Shown: positions 46,044-56,227, numbered from the stretch's first letter. The stretch is DNA of 64,000 bases from an uncultured Aquabacterium sp. (GCA_964554655.1 CAZKPN010000006.1:19909-83908); one strand, 5' to 3'. Notes: generated from the sequence alone by a model not told the origin. Translations and numbers: made by a program.

Positions 46044-47179
46044 GCCTCCATTGTGGACGACAGGGCAGGCACGACATCCACCCAGATCACGGTGCGGTTG
46101 CGACCACCCTGCTTCGCGCTGTAGAGCGCCTTGTCGGCTCGCTCGATGCAGGCCGACAGGTTTTCGCCGGGTTGATACGCACTCAAGCCTGCAGAGAACG
46201 AAGGACGCAAGGCCAGGTGGTCTTGGGCCATGGTCACGTTCTTCAAGGAGTCGCGCAGCCGCTGGATGCCACGCTCCGCGTCCTGGGCGGTGGTGCCCAC
46301 CAGCACCAGCATGAACTCTTCGCCTCCCCAGCGCGCCAGCACATCGGTTTCGCGGGTCATGGCAGCCGCGTGGCTGGCAAAGTTGCGCAGCACCTCATCG
46401 CCCACGTTGTGGCCATGCGTGTCGTTGATCTGCTTGAAGAAGTCCAGGTCCAGGATGGCCAGGCAGAAGTCGTGCCCCGACGACCGTGACAGGCGCCGCT
46501 GGTGCTCGTCCAGCACCGACATCATGTGACGGCGGTTGTACAGGCCGGTCAGCTCGTCGCGCGTGGCCAGCACCTGGATGCGGTCCAGGGCTTGCGTCAG
46601 CTCTTCTTGCTTGGTGCGCAGCCGGGTGCGCAAGTTGCTCAGTTGCGCGGTCAACACCGAAATGGTGGGCACCGAAGACACCACCAGCGCAAAGTGCACC
46701 GACTCCAGCGCCACCGGGTAGCCCACCGCATCGGTCATGGTCTTGTAGACCATGACGACGCCGGTCAGGACCACGGCATAGGCCCCCGCGATCTTGGCGT
46801 CGCGGGCTTTGAGGTTGAAGATGCCAAAGACCAGCACCAGCGTGAGCAGCATCATCGTGGCGCCATGGAAGACGCCGGTGATGGCATAAGCGGCCACGAT
46901 CCAGGTCAGGGCGGCCAGGATTTGCGGCAAAGTCAGGGAGGGCTCGGCAAAACGCTGGTTCAGGCCGCTGCGCAGGAGCGCATACCAGACCACCACGTTC
47001 AAAGTGATCAGACCGGACAGCAACCCTGCTTCGTCGGCGCGCATCAGGCCTTGCTGCGAGGCGAAGCCCATGATGCCGATGCACAGCACGTACACATTGG
47101 CGGCCATCAGCGAACGGATGATGCGCAACCGTTGTTTGGAATCGGTGCTCAGCAGCACCGCAAGGAGTCGTTGCATCAA
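46040..47179 (-). CDS. Membrane diguanylate cyclase (SadC-like architecture)
   Basis: TM region with RFAEPSLTLPQ; DELTGLYNRR, RETD I-site and GGEEF. Confidence 0.92.
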   Translation of the reverse strand: MMQRLLAVLLSTDSKQRLRIIRSLMAANVYVLCIGIMGFASQQGLMRADEAGLLSGLITLNVVVWYALLRSGLNQRFAEPSLTLPQILAALTWIVAAYAITGVFHGATMMLLTLVLVFGIFNLKARDAKIAGAYAVVLTGVVMVYKTMTDAVGYPVALESVHFALVVSSVPTISVLTAQLSNLRTRLRTKQEELTQALDRIQVLATRDELTGLYNRRHMMSVLDEHQRRLSRSSGHDFCLAILDLDFFKQINDTHGHNVGDEVLRNFASHAAAMTRETDVLARWGGEEFMLVLVGTTAQDAERGIQRLRDSLKNVTMAQDHLALRPSFSAGLSAYQPGENLSACIERADKALYSAKQGGRNRTVIWVDVVPALSSTMEA

Positions 47180-47180
47180 G

Positions 47181-50100
47181 TCAGGCTTCTCCCCTGGCCT
47201 GCAGCGTCAACTGGGCCCACCGGGCCTGTGCTTTGTCCATGCTCGCTTTCTTGATGTGGCCATAGCCTCGGATGTCTTCGGGAACGCGGGCCAGTGCGAG
47301 CGCTGGCTCGACATTGTTCGTGCTCAAGGCACCGAGCAGGGCTCCGATGCCTTGGCGATACCGTGCAATCCAACCGCGCTCCTCCAGGCGCTCCTGGGTG
47401 CGGCCAAACGGATCGAACACCGTGCCCCTCAGCACCTTGAATGGCGCCAAGGCCTTGAAGGCCAGGCCCATCCAGGGGCCGAAGCGCTGCTTGATGGCCA
47501 AGCCTTTGACATCGGTCTTGCCCATGAACGGCGGCGCCAGGTGGTAGGACAACTTGTAGTCTCCCTCGAACTCCTGGGCCACTTTGTCGTGAAAGCGACG
47601 ATCAATCAGCAAACGTGCGACTTCGTACTCATCTTTGTACGCCATGAGTTTGAACAACTGGCGGGCCACGACATCGGTCAGCTTGGTCGACCCCAGCTTT
47701 TGCTCGGCCGCGCGCACCTGGTTGACAAAGGCCAGGTACTCACCGGCATAGGCAGCACTTTGGTAATCGGTCAAAAATTCAACGCGGGATTGAATCAGGG
47801 CATCCAGGTTGGTGGCGGTCTTGCGGATGATGTGGACAGGCTGGGCGGGCAAGGCCAATGACTGCACGGCAGCCAGGTCGTGCGCGGCGCGGCAGCCCCA
47901 TTCAAAGGCCGCCTTGTTGTTCTCCACCTGCACGGCATTCAGCTCGATGGCGCGCAGCAACGCGGCTCGGCTCAAGGGCACCCAGCCTTTCTGCCAGGCG
48001 TAGCCCAGCATCAAGGGGTTGGCGTAAATGGTGTCGCCCAGCAGCTGGGTGGCCAACTGGTTGGCGTCCAGCCTTGCGACCTGGCCCGGCATCGCGGCCT
48101 GGCCAATGACGTCGTCGCAATGCCCCGCCGGGAACTGCCAGTTCGTGTCGCGAACAAAAGCCGCCGTGGGCGTGCCGTGGGTGTTGAGCGCCACGCGCGT
48201 GCGTTGGGCGTTCATGGTGGCCAGGGTGCTGGCGTTGGCCGTGACGATGGGGTCGCAGCCAATGACCAGATCGGCGGCGGCCGTAGGCACGCGCGTGGTG
48301 TGGATGGCGTCCATGCTGTCGGCGATCTGGATGTGGCTCCAGGTGGCACCGCCCTTTTGCGCCAGGCCCGCCGAGTCCTGCGTGACGATGCCCTTGCCTT
48401 CAATGTGCGCGGCCACGCCGAGGAGTTGCCCAATGGTGATGACGCCCGTGCCGCCGATGCCCGCGACGATGATGCCGTAGGCCTCGTGGGCCAAGGGGAT
48501 CTCGGGTTCGGGCAAGGCAGGCAAGGTGAAGGGATCGACGCGTTGCGTGCTTTGGCGAGGTGACTTGAGCTGGCCACCGCTCACGGTCACGAAGCTGGGG
48601 CAAAAACCCTTGACGCAGGACATGTCGTGGTTGCAAGTGCTCTGGTTGATGTGGCGCTTGCGGCCGAACTGGGTGTCCACCGGCTCCACGCTCAGGCAGT
48701 TGGATTGGGTGGAGCAATCACCGCAGCCTTCGCACACCAGTTCGTTGATGACCACGCGCTCGGTCACCGCCGGCATGGTGCCGCGCTTGCGGCGGCGGCG
48801 CTTCTCGGTGGCGCAGGTCTGGTCGTAAATGATGACGCTGCAGCCGGGCACTTCGCGCATCAGGCGCTGCACCGCGTCCAGGTCATCGCGGTGGTGCACC
48901 GTCGTGTCGGGGGCCAGGTTGGAGACGGCCAGGTACTTCTCGGGCTCGTCGGTGACGATGGCGATGCGCGAGACGCCTTCGGCTTCCAGCTCGCGGCTCA
49001 TCTCGGGCACGCGCAAGGTGCCGTCCACCGGCTGGCCGCCGGTCATGGCCACGGCATCGTTGAACAGGATCTTGTAGGTGATGTTGACCTTGGCCGCGAT
49101 GCTTTGGCGCACGGCCAGCAGGCCCGAGTGGAAATAAGTGCCATCGCCCAGGTTGGCAAACACGTGCTTCTCGTCGGTGAAGGGCGCCTGGCCCACCCAG
49201 GTCACGCCCTCGCCGCCCATCTGCGTGAAGGTGGTGGTGCTGCGGTCCATCCACACCACCATGTAGTGGCAGCCGATGCCGGCCATGGCGCGCGAGCCTT
49301 CGGGCACCTTGGTGGACGTGTTGTGGGGGCAGCCGCTGCAGAACCAGGGTGCGCGGTCGGCGTTGGCCTGGGGCACCACGACGGGGGCCTGCTCCTTGGC
49401 CTCGATCAAGGCCAATCTTTGAGTGATGCGCTCACGCAGGTCACGGCCCATGGCATCCAGCATGCCCAGCTTGTCCAGGCGTTGGGCGATGGCCTTGGCA
49501 ATCAGCGACGGGTTCAGGTCGGCTTTGGCGCGCAATAACCAGTTGGAGGCCGGGTTGGACATCGACCATTCGCCACCACTGTGGTCACCCTGGGTTTCAT
49601 TGAACTTGCCCAGCACATGGGGGCGCACGTCTTCGCGCCAGTTGTAGAGCTCTTCCTTGAGTTGGTATTCGATGACCTGGCGCTTTTCTTCGATCACCAG
49701 GATCTCTTGCAGGCCGGTGGCGAACTCGCGCGTGGCGCTGGCCTCCAAAGGCCAGACCACGGCCACCTTGTGGACGCGGATGCCGATCTGGGCGCAGGTC
49801 ACCTCGTCCAGCCCCAGGTCATGCAGTGCCTGGCGCATGTCGTTGTAGGCCTTGCCGCTGGCGATCAGGCCCAGGCGCGCGTGCTTCGAATCGATCACGG
49901 TGCGGTTCAAGCGGTTGGCGCGCACATAGGCCAGCGCGGCGTACCACTTGTAGTCCATCAGCCGGGCTTCCTGCTCCAAGGGCGAGTCGGGCCAACGGAT
50001 GTGCAGGCCGCCCGGCGGCATGGCGAAATCTTCGGGCAAGAGGATCTGCACGCGGTCAGGCTCGACCGACACGCTGCTGGACGATTCAACCACTTCCTGG

Positions 50101-50738
50101 ATGACTTTCATGCCGGCCCACAAGCCCGAAAAACGGCTCATGGCGTAGGCGTGCAAGCCCAGGTCGAGGATTTCTTGAGCGCTGCTCGGAAAAAACACCG
50201 GCAGGCCGCAGGCCTTGAAGATGTGGTCGCTTTGATGGGCCACGGACGAGCTTTTGGCCACGTGGTCGTCACCCGCCACCGCGATCACGCCGCCATGCTT
50301 GGCCGTGCCCGCCATGTTGGCATGTTTGAAGACATCGGAGCAGCGGTCCACACCCGGCCCCTTGCCATACCAAAGGCCGAAAACGCCATCGAATTTCCGA
50401 TGTTCCGGGTACAGGTCAAGCTGCTGTGTGCCCCAGACGGCGGTGGCGCCCAGTTCTTCATTGACGCCAGGCTGGAAGACCACGTGGTGCGCCTTCAGGT
50501 GCTCTTTGGCATTCCACAAAGCCTGGTCGTAGCCACCCAGTGGCGAGCCACGGTAACCGCTGATGAAACCTGCGGTGTTCAGGCCTGCCGCCACATCTCT
50601 GGTGCGCTGCAGCATGGGCAAGCGCACCAGGGCCTGCACGCCGCTCATGAAGGCGGTCCCGTGTTCGATGGCGTACTTGTCATCCAGCGTGAGGGACGCC
50701 AGGGCCTTGAGAACCGAATCGGGTAGCGGAGCGTTCAT
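47181..50738 (-). CDS. ior: Fused indolepyruvate/2-oxoacid:ferredoxin oxidoreductase (IorAB family)
   Basis: SGYRGSPLGG, FCSGCPHN, MAGIGCH, LGDGTYFHSG (TPP), CEGCGDCSTQSNC and CNHDMSCVKGFCP (Fe-S), GIGGTGV and YKDEYEVARL. Confidence 0.9.
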   Translation of the reverse strand: MNAPLPDSVLKALASLTLDDKYAIEHGTAFMSGVQALVRLPMLQRTRDVAAGLNTAGFISGYRGSPLGGYDQALWNAKEHLKAHHVVFQPGVNEELGATAVWGTQQLDLYPEHRKFDGVFGLWYGKGPGVDRCSDVFKHANMAGTAKHGGVIAVAGDDHVAKSSSVAHQSDHIFKACGLPVFFPSSAQEILDLGLHAYAMSRFSGLWAGMKVIQEVVESSSSVSVEPDRVQILLPEDFAMPPGGLHIRWPDSPLEQEARLMDYKWYAALAYVRANRLNRTVIDSKHARLGLIASGKAYNDMRQALHDLGLDEVTCAQIGIRVHKVAVVWPLEASATREFATGLQEILVIEEKRQVIEYQLKEELYNWREDVRPHVLGKFNETQGDHSGGEWSMSNPASNWLLRAKADLNPSLIAKAIAQRLDKLGMLDAMGRDLRERITQRLALIEAKEQAPVVVPQANADRAPWFCSGCPHNTSTKVPEGSRAMAGIGCHYMVVWMDRSTTTFTQMGGEGVTWVGQAPFTDEKHVFANLGDGTYFHSGLLAVRQSIAAKVNITYKILFNDAVAMTGGQPVDGTLRVPEMSRELEAEGVSRIAIVTDEPEKYLAVSNLAPDTTVHHRDDLDAVQRLMREVPGCSVIIYDQTCATEKRRRRKRGTMPAVTERVVINELVCEGCGDCSTQSNCLSVEPVDTQFGRKRHINQSTCNHDMSCVKGFCPSFVTVSGGQLKSPRQSTQRVDPFTLPALPEPEIPLAHEAYGIIVAGIGGTGVITIGQLLGVAAHIEGKGIVTQDSAGLAQKGGATWSHIQIADSMDAIHTTRVPTAAADLVIGCDPIVTANASTLATMNAQRTRVALNTHGTPTAAFVRDTNWQFPAGHCDDVIGQAAMPGQVARLDANQLATQLLGDTIYANPLMLGYAWQKGWVPLSRAALLRAIELNAVQVENNKAAFEWGCRAAHDLAAVQSLALPAQPVHIIRKTATNLDALIQSRVEFLTDYQSAAYAGEYLAFVNQVRAAEQKLGSTKLTDVVARQLFKLMAYKDEYEVARLLIDRRFHDKVAQEFEGDYKLSYHLAPPFMGKTDVKGLAIKQRFGPWMGLAFKALAPFKVLRGTVFDPFGRTQERLEERGWIARYRQGIGALLGALSTNNVEPALALARVPEDIRGYGHIKKASMDKAQARWAQLTLQARGEA

Positions 50739-50932
50739 GGACGAACTCCAAGCAGCCACATGCTGCAGAACCAGTGTAGGGATCTTGGCGCGGGCCGTCA
50801 CCTCTTGATGTGCCGAATAGTCCGCACCACAGGCCGCATTCTTTGGCTTTCAAACCAATCTGGGGACGTTCCACGGCACGCACCACCCGGGATTACCCGC
50901 CTGATTTTCACGCAGGGCGCATTTCGCCACAG

Positions 50933-50947
50933 TTGATTTTGAATCAA
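50933..50947. promoter_or_regulatory. Second palindromic operator (TTGATT-N3-AATCAA)
   Basis: Perfect 6-3-6 palindrome with the same geometry as the site at 51004-51026. Confidence 0.55.
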
Positions 50948-51003
50948 GACCCGGACGCACTTTTTGTCTTGAAATAGCGCGCACATCGCCTTCAGATCGG
51001 TCA

Positions 51004-51026
51004 ATAATTGAGTCGCACTCAATTAT
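51004..51026. promoter_or_regulatory. TetR (LiuQ-type) operator
   Basis: Perfect palindrome ATAATTGAGT-CGC-ACTCAATTAT, ending 6 nt before the TetR start codon. Confidence 0.85.
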
Positions 51027-51032
51027 CAGATC

Positions 51033-51749
51033 ATGTCAGCACTGCAACGCGTGGCCCCCCGTCGTGTGAAGTCCCAACTCCGGGTCACGGAGTTGCTGGC
51101 GGCTGCACGCCGGGTTTTCTCGGAACAGGGCTTTCACCGCGCCACCACCGCCCAGATCGCCGAGGCCGCAGGCGTGTCCGAGGCCACCGTTTTCACCTAC
51201 TTCCCGGGCAAGCGCGAGCTGTGCATCCAGGTCATCAAGGACTGGTACGACGAGATCAGCACCGAGCTGGAACGCGAAGTGCCGCGCCTGCAAGGCGTGC
51301 ACGCCAAGCTCAGCCACGTGGTCAGGCAGCACCTGTTCACCCTGCTGGCCGATGGCTCCGGCATGTGCGCCCTGGTGCTGGGCGAGGGCCGCACCAGCGC
51401 CCCCGAGCTGGCCGAGGTCATCACCGATTGCAAGCGCCGCTACACCGCGCCCCTGATGGATTGCCTGGCCGTGGCCGTGGCCGAGGGCGAGGTGCGGCAA
51501 GACATGCCCTTGCGCCTGATGCGCGACCTGGTTTATGGCTCGATGGAACACGTGCTGTGGGACTCAATCACCTCGCACAAGAGCCCACCCATCGACGAAA
51601 CGGCCGAGCAACTGACGGGTCTGATCTGGAGCGCGCTGATGCCCCGCGATGCCTCGCTCGATACTTTGGCGCGCTTTCGCGATGAAGTCGGCGCGGCCTT
51701 GAAACAACTGGACAGCCAACGCGCCCCCAAGAAGCGCGCAAGGAAATGA
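51033..51749 (+). CDS. TetR-family regulator of the liu operon (LiuQ-like)
   Basis: HTH QGFHRATTAQIAEAAGVSEATVFTYFPGKREL; heads the liu cluster. Confidence 0.9.
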   Translation: MSALQRVAPRRVKSQLRVTELLAAARRVFSEQGFHRATTAQIAEAAGVSEATVFTYFPGKRELCIQVIKDWYDEISTELEREVPRLQGVHAKLSHVVRQHLFTLLADGSGMCALVLGEGRTSAPELAEVITDCKRRYTAPLMDCLAVAVAEGEVRQDMPLRLMRDLVYGSMEHVLWDSITSHKSPPIDETAEQLTGLIWSALMPRDASLDTLARFRDEVGAALKQLDSQRAPKKRARK

Positions 51750-51752
51750 ACC

Positions 51753-53357
51753 ATGCCTTTTGAATCCCTCATCAGCCCCAGATCAGACGAGTTCAAGGCC
51801 AATGCGCAGGCCATGCAGGCCTTGATCGACGACCTGGACGCGCAGCTGGCGCGCATCGCGCTGGGCGGCGGCGAAGGCCCGCGCGCCAAGCACGTGGCCC
51901 GTGGCAAGCTGCTGCCCCGCGACCGCGTCGATCTCTTGCTGGACCCGGGCACGCCCTTTCTGGAAATCGCGCCGCTGGCCGGATTGAACATGCACGACAA
52001 CGACGCGCCCTGCGCTGGCGTGATCGCCGGCATTGGCCGGGTATCCGGTGTGGAGTGCGTGATCGTGTGCAACGACGCCACCGTGAAAGGCGGTACCTAC
52101 TACCCCATCTCGGTCAAGAAGCACCTGCGCGCGCAAGAGATCGCGCAGCAGAACCGCCTGCCTTGCATCTACCTGGTGGATTCCGGCGGTGCCAATCTGC
52201 CCAACCAGGACGAGGTCTTTCCCGACCGAGACCACTTCGGCCGCATCTTCTTCAACCAGGCGAACATGAGTGCGCAGGGCATCCCGCAGATCGCCGTGGT
52301 GATGGGATCGTGCACCGCAGGCGGTGCTTATGTGCCTGCCATGAGCGATGAGGCCATCATCGTCAAGAACCAGGGCACGATCTTCTTGGGCGGCCCACCG
52401 TTGGTGAAGGCCGCCACCGGCGAGGTGGTCAGCGTGGAAGACCTGGGCGGTGGCGATGTGCACACGCGTTTGTCAGGTGTGGCCGACCAGCTGGCCCATG
52501 ACGACGCCCACGCGCTGGCCCTGGCCCGCCGCAGCGTGGCGCAGATCAACTGGCGCAAGACGCCTTCGATGGCCTGCATTGAAGCGCGGCCACCACGCCT
52601 TGCCGCCGACGAGCTCAACGGCATCATTCCCACGGATACCCGCAAGCCTTTCGATGTGCGCGAAGTCATCGCCCGCATCGTGGACGATTCCGAGTTCGAC
52701 GAATTCAAGCCGCGCTACGGCAGCACCCTGGTCACCGGCTTTGCCCACATCGACGGCATGCCGGTGGGCATCGTGGCCAACAACGGCATCCTGTTTTCGG
52801 AGAGCGCCAACAAGGGCGCGCACTTCATCGAGCTGTGCTGCCAGCGCAAGATCCCCCTGGTGTTCCTGCAGAACATCACCGGCTTCATGGTCGGGCGCAA
52901 GTACGAAAACGAAGGCATTGCCCGCGCTGGCGCCAAGATGGTGACCGCCGTGGCTTGCGCTGCCGTGCCGAAGTTCACCGTGATCATTGGTGGCTCGTTC
53001 GGCGCAGGCAACTACGGCATGTGTGGCCGCGCCTACAGCCCGCGCTTTTTATGGATGTGGCCCAACGCGCGCATCAGCGTGATGGGCGGCGAACAAGCTG
53101 CCAGCGTGCTGGCCACGGTCAAGCGCGACGGCATCGAGGGCAAAGGCGGCCAGTGGAGTGCGGATGAAGAAGCCGCCTTCAAAGCCCCCATCCGCGAGCA
53201 ATACGAGCAACAAGGTCATCCCTATTACGCCTCGGCCCGCCTGTGGGACGATGGCGTGATCCGCCCGGCGGATACACGGCGCGTGCTGTCCCTGGGCCTG
53301 AGTGCCAGCCTGAACGCGCCGATTGGCGACACGCGCTTTGGCGTGTTCCGCATGTGA
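51753..53357 (+). CDS. liuB: 3-methylcrotonyl-CoA carboxylase, carboxyltransferase subunit
   Basis: [36 protein letters not shown] and TRFGVFRM. Confidence 0.93.
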   Translation: MPFESLISPRSDEFKANAQAMQALIDDLDAQLARIALGGGEGPRAKHVARGKLLPRDRVDLLLDPGTPFLEIAPLAGLNMHDNDAPCAGVIAGIGRVSGVECVIVCNDATVKGGTYYPISVKKHLRAQEIAQQNRLPCIYLVDSGGANLPNQDEVFPDRDHFGRIFFNQANMSAQGIPQIAVVMGSCTAGGAYVPAMSDEAIIVKNQGTIFLGGPPLVKAATGEVVSVEDLGGGDVHTRLSGVADQLAHDDAHALALARRSVAQINWRKTPSMACIEARPPRLAADELNGIIPTDTRKPFDVREVIARIVDDSEFDEFKPRYGSTLVTGFAHIDGMPVGIVANNGILFSESANKGAHFIELCCQRKIPLVFLQNITGFMVGRKYENEGIARAGAKMVTAVACAAVPKFTVIIGGSFGAGNYGMCGRAYSPRFLWMWPNARISVMGGEQAASVLATVKRDGIEGKGGQWSADEEAAFKAPIREQYEQQGHPYYASARLWDDGVIRPADTRRVLSLGLSASLNAPIGDTRFGVFRM

Positions 53358-53373
53358 GCCCAAGGAGCACCCC

Positions 53374-54168
53374 ATGAACCTGCCCACCCTCGACATCCAA
53401 CGCCACGGCCACGTGGCCCAGGTCTGGCTCAATCGGCCAGACATCCGCAACGCCTTCAACGACGAAACCATCCAGGAGCTGACCCACGCCTTTCAATCGA
53501 TCGGCCAGGATCCAGAGGTGCGCGCCATCGTGCTGGGCGCGCATGGCAAGGCCTTCAGCGCCGGTGGCGACCTGAACTGGATGCGCGCGATGGCCGACTA
53601 CTCCTGGGCCGAGAACCACGCCGATGCCTCGCACCTGGCCGGCATGCTCTGGGCCATCGCCAACTGCCCGGTGCCGGTGATCGCGCGCGTGCAGGGCGAT
53701 TGCTACGGCGGCGGTGTGGGCCTGGTCGCGGCCTGCGACATGGCCGTGGCGGTGGACAGCGCGGGCTTTTGCCTGTCCGAGGTCAAGCTGGGATTGATCC
53801 CGGCCACCATTGCCCCCTATGTGATCCGGTCCATCGGCGAGCGCGCCGCGCGCCGCTACTTTGTGACCGCCGAGCGCATGAACGCGCAACGTGCCCAGGC
53901 CTTGGGCCTGGTGCAGGAGGTCTGCGCCGTCGATGCGCTGGATGCGGTGGTCGATGGCTTGGTGCACGCCATCGTGGCCAACGGGCCGCACGCCGTCCGG
54001 GCCAGCAAGCGCCTCATCCGGGACACTGCGGGCGTGCCGCTCACGGCAGGCCTGCGCGACCAGACCGCGCGCAACATCGCCGACATCCGGGCCAGTGACG
54101 AAGGCAAGGCCGGGGTGAACGCCTTCCTGCACAAAACCACCCCACCGTGGCAAGGCAAGGTCAACTGA
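53374..54168 (+). CDS. liuC: Methylglutaconyl-CoA hydratase (crotonase family)
   Basis: LNRPDIRNAF, FSAGGDLNWM, GGGVGL and LSEVKLGLIPATI; cluster context. Confidence 0.88.
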   Translation: MNLPTLDIQRHGHVAQVWLNRPDIRNAFNDETIQELTHAFQSIGQDPEVRAIVLGAHGKAFSAGGDLNWMRAMADYSWAENHADASHLAGMLWAIANCPVPVIARVQGDCYGGGVGLVAACDMAVAVDSAGFCLSEVKLGLIPATIAPYVIRSIGERAARRYFVTAERMNAQRAQALGLVQEVCAVDALDAVVDGLVHAIVANGPHAVRASKRLIRDTAGVPLTAGLRDQTARNIADIRASDEGKAGVNAFLHKTTPPWQGKVN

Positions 54169-56213
54169 TGTTCAAGAAAATACTCATCGCCAACCGGGGC
54201 GAGATCGCCTGCCGCATCGCTGCCACCGCGCGGCGCCTGGGCGTGCGCACCGTGGCGGTTTACTCCGACGCGGATGTTGACGCGGCCCATGTGCACGCCT
54301 GCGATGAAGCGGTGCGCATCGGCCCGGCCTCACCCCGCGAGAGCTACCTGCTCGGCGACCGCATCCTGGCCGCGGCAAAAACCACTGGCGCACAAGCGAT
54401 TCACCCAGGCTACGGATTCCTGAGCGAGAACGCGGGCTTCGCGCAAGCGTGCGTCGATGCCGGCTTCGTGTTCATCGGCCCGCCCGCGTCCAGCATCGCC
54501 GCCATGGGCAGCAAGTCCGCTGCCAAGGCCTTGATGGAGAGCGCTGGCGTGCCCCTGGTGCCCGGTTACCACGGCGATTGCCAAGAGAGCGTCTTCCTTC
54601 AGGCCGAGGCCGACCTCATCGGCTACCCGGTGCTGATCAAGGCCAGCGCAGGCGGCGGTGGCAAAGGCATGCGCGCCGTGCAGCGCAGCGAAGATTTCGC
54701 GGCGGCCCTGGCCTCTTGCCAACGCGAAGCCACGGCCAGCTTTGGCGACGACCGCGTGTTGGTCGAACGTTACGTCACGCGGCCGCGCCACATCGAGATC
54801 CAGGTGTTCGGCGACAGCCATGGCAACTACGTCCACCTGTTCGAGCGCGATTGCTCGGTGCAGCGCCGCCACCAGAAAGTGCTGGAAGAGGCCCCCGCCC
54901 CCGGCATGAGCGCCGAACGCCGCGCCGAAATGGGCGCGGCCGCCATCGCTGCAGCGCGCAGCGTGGGCTATGTGGGCGCGGGCACGGTGGAGTTCATCGT
55001 TGAGCAGGATGGGCCCGACCCCGCCGGGCCGCCCCAAGGGATCGGCTCCCCCACGGGGGGCACGGGGGTCAAGAACTTCTATTTCATGGAGATGAACACG
55101 CGCCTGCAGGTTGAGCACCCAGTGACCGAGGCCATCACCGGCCTGGACCTGGTGGAATGGCAGTTGCGCGTGGCCGCGGGCGAACCCCTGCCACTCACGC
55201 AAGATCAACTGGCCATCCAGGGCCACGCCATCGAAGCCCGCATCTGCGCCGAGAACCCCTTGCAGCAGTTCCTGCCCGCCACCGGCACCTTGAGAACCTA
55301 CCGCCCGCCGGCCTCATCGCATTTCAGCATCAGCCCAGTGCGCGTGGACAGCGGCGTGCGCGAAGGCGATGAGATCTCGCCCCATTACGATTCGATGATC
55401 GCCAAGCTCATTGTGTGGGCCCCAACCCGCGAACAGGCCTTGGACCGCCTGGATACCGCCTTGGGCGATTTGCACATCACGGGTCTGCACACCAACGTGG
55501 CGTTTGTGAGGCGCATCATCCGCACGGCCTCTTTTCAGCAGGCCGACCTGGACACGGCCCTGATCGAGCGCGAATACGACGCGCTGTTCTCGCCAGCGCC
55601 GTTGGAGCCGCTGCTGGCCGTGGCCGGTGTCGCGGCCCGACTGCTGCAAGAGGAGTTGGCGTCCACCACCCCCGACCCCTGGTCCCAACGCGATGGATGG
55701 CGCCTGCATGGGCCTGCCCGCCGCCGCTTCGCCTTGACCATCGATGGCGCCGCCGTCCAAGCCTCGTTGGTCTATCAACACGGTCGACACCACCTGCTGC
55801 AATGTGGCGAACTGCAAGCGTCGTTTGAAGCCAAAGCATTGGCCCCAGACCGCTTCGACCTCACCCTGGCCGGACAACGCCTGACCATGGCGGTCTACCG
55901 CGACCGCGACCACTTCGAGGTCTTTGCCCCGTCTGGCCACGCCAAAGTCGGCCTCATCGACCCCTTGGCCCAGGCCAGCACCGCCCATGCGGGTGGGCGC
56001 CTCACGGCCCTCATGCCCGGCCGCGTCGTGGCCCTGCTGGTCAAGGTGGGCGACACCGTCAAGACAGGCGATGCACTGGCCGTGACCGAAGCCATGAAAA
56101 TGGAACACACCATGACCGCGCCGCGCGACGGCGTGGTCTCCGAACTGCTGTGCGCGGCGGGCGACCAGCTGCCCGAAGGCGCCGAGTTGCTGCGCCTGGC
56201 CGAAGAACCTTGA
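54168..56213 (+). CDS. liuD: 3-methylcrotonyl-CoA carboxylase, biotin carboxylase/biotin carrier subunit
   Basis: ILIANRGEIA, HPGYGFLSEN, GGGGKGM, MEMNTRLQVEHP and EAMKME (biotinyl Lys). Confidence 0.93.
   Translation: MFKKILIANRGEIACRIAATARRLGVRTVAVYSDADVDAAHVHACDEAVRIGPASPRESYLLGDRILAAAKTTGAQAIHPGYGFLSENAGFAQACVDAGFVFIGPPASSIAAMGSKSAAKALMESAGVPLVPGYHGDCQESVFLQAEADLIGYPVLIKASAGGGGKGMRAVQRSEDFAAALASCQREATASFGDDRVLVERYVTRPRHIEIQVFGDSHGNYVHLFERDCSVQRRHQKVLEEAPAPGMSAERRAEMGAAAIAAARSVGYVGAGTVEFIVEQDGPDPAGPPQGIGSPTGGTGVKNFYFMEMNTRLQVEHPVTEAITGLDLVEWQLRVAAGEPLPLTQDQLAIQGHAIEARICAENPLQQFLPATGTLRTYRPPASSHFSISPVRVDSGVREGDEISPHYDSMIAKLIVWAPTREQALDRLDTALGDLHITGLHTNVAFVRRIIRTASFQQADLDTALIEREYDALFSPAPLEPLLAVAGVAARLLQEELASTTPDPWSQRDGWRLHGPARRRFALTIDGAAVQASLVYQHGRHHLLQCGELQASFEAKALAPDRFDLTLAGQRLTMAVYRDRDHFEVFAPSGHAKVGLIDPLAQASTAHAGGRLTALMPGRVVALLVKVGDTVKTGDALAVTEAMKMEHTMTAPRDGVVSELLCAAGDQLPEGAELLRLAEEP
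55017..55070. repeat. 54-bp GC-rich palindromic element inserted in frame in liuD
   Basis: GACCCC...GGGGTC terminal inverted repeat with internal GCCCC/GGGGC and CCCCC-AC-GGGGG stems; encodes exactly 18 codons (DPAGPPQGIGSPTGGTGV) between TVEFIVEQDGP and KNFYFMEMN. Confidence 0.65.
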
Positions 56214-56227
56214 GAAGAACCCCCGCC

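Noticed and set aside
50933-50947. Possible FNR site
   Set aside because: Spacing is TTGAT-N5-ATCAA rather than the N4 of FNR; it fits the neighbouring TetR operator geometry better.
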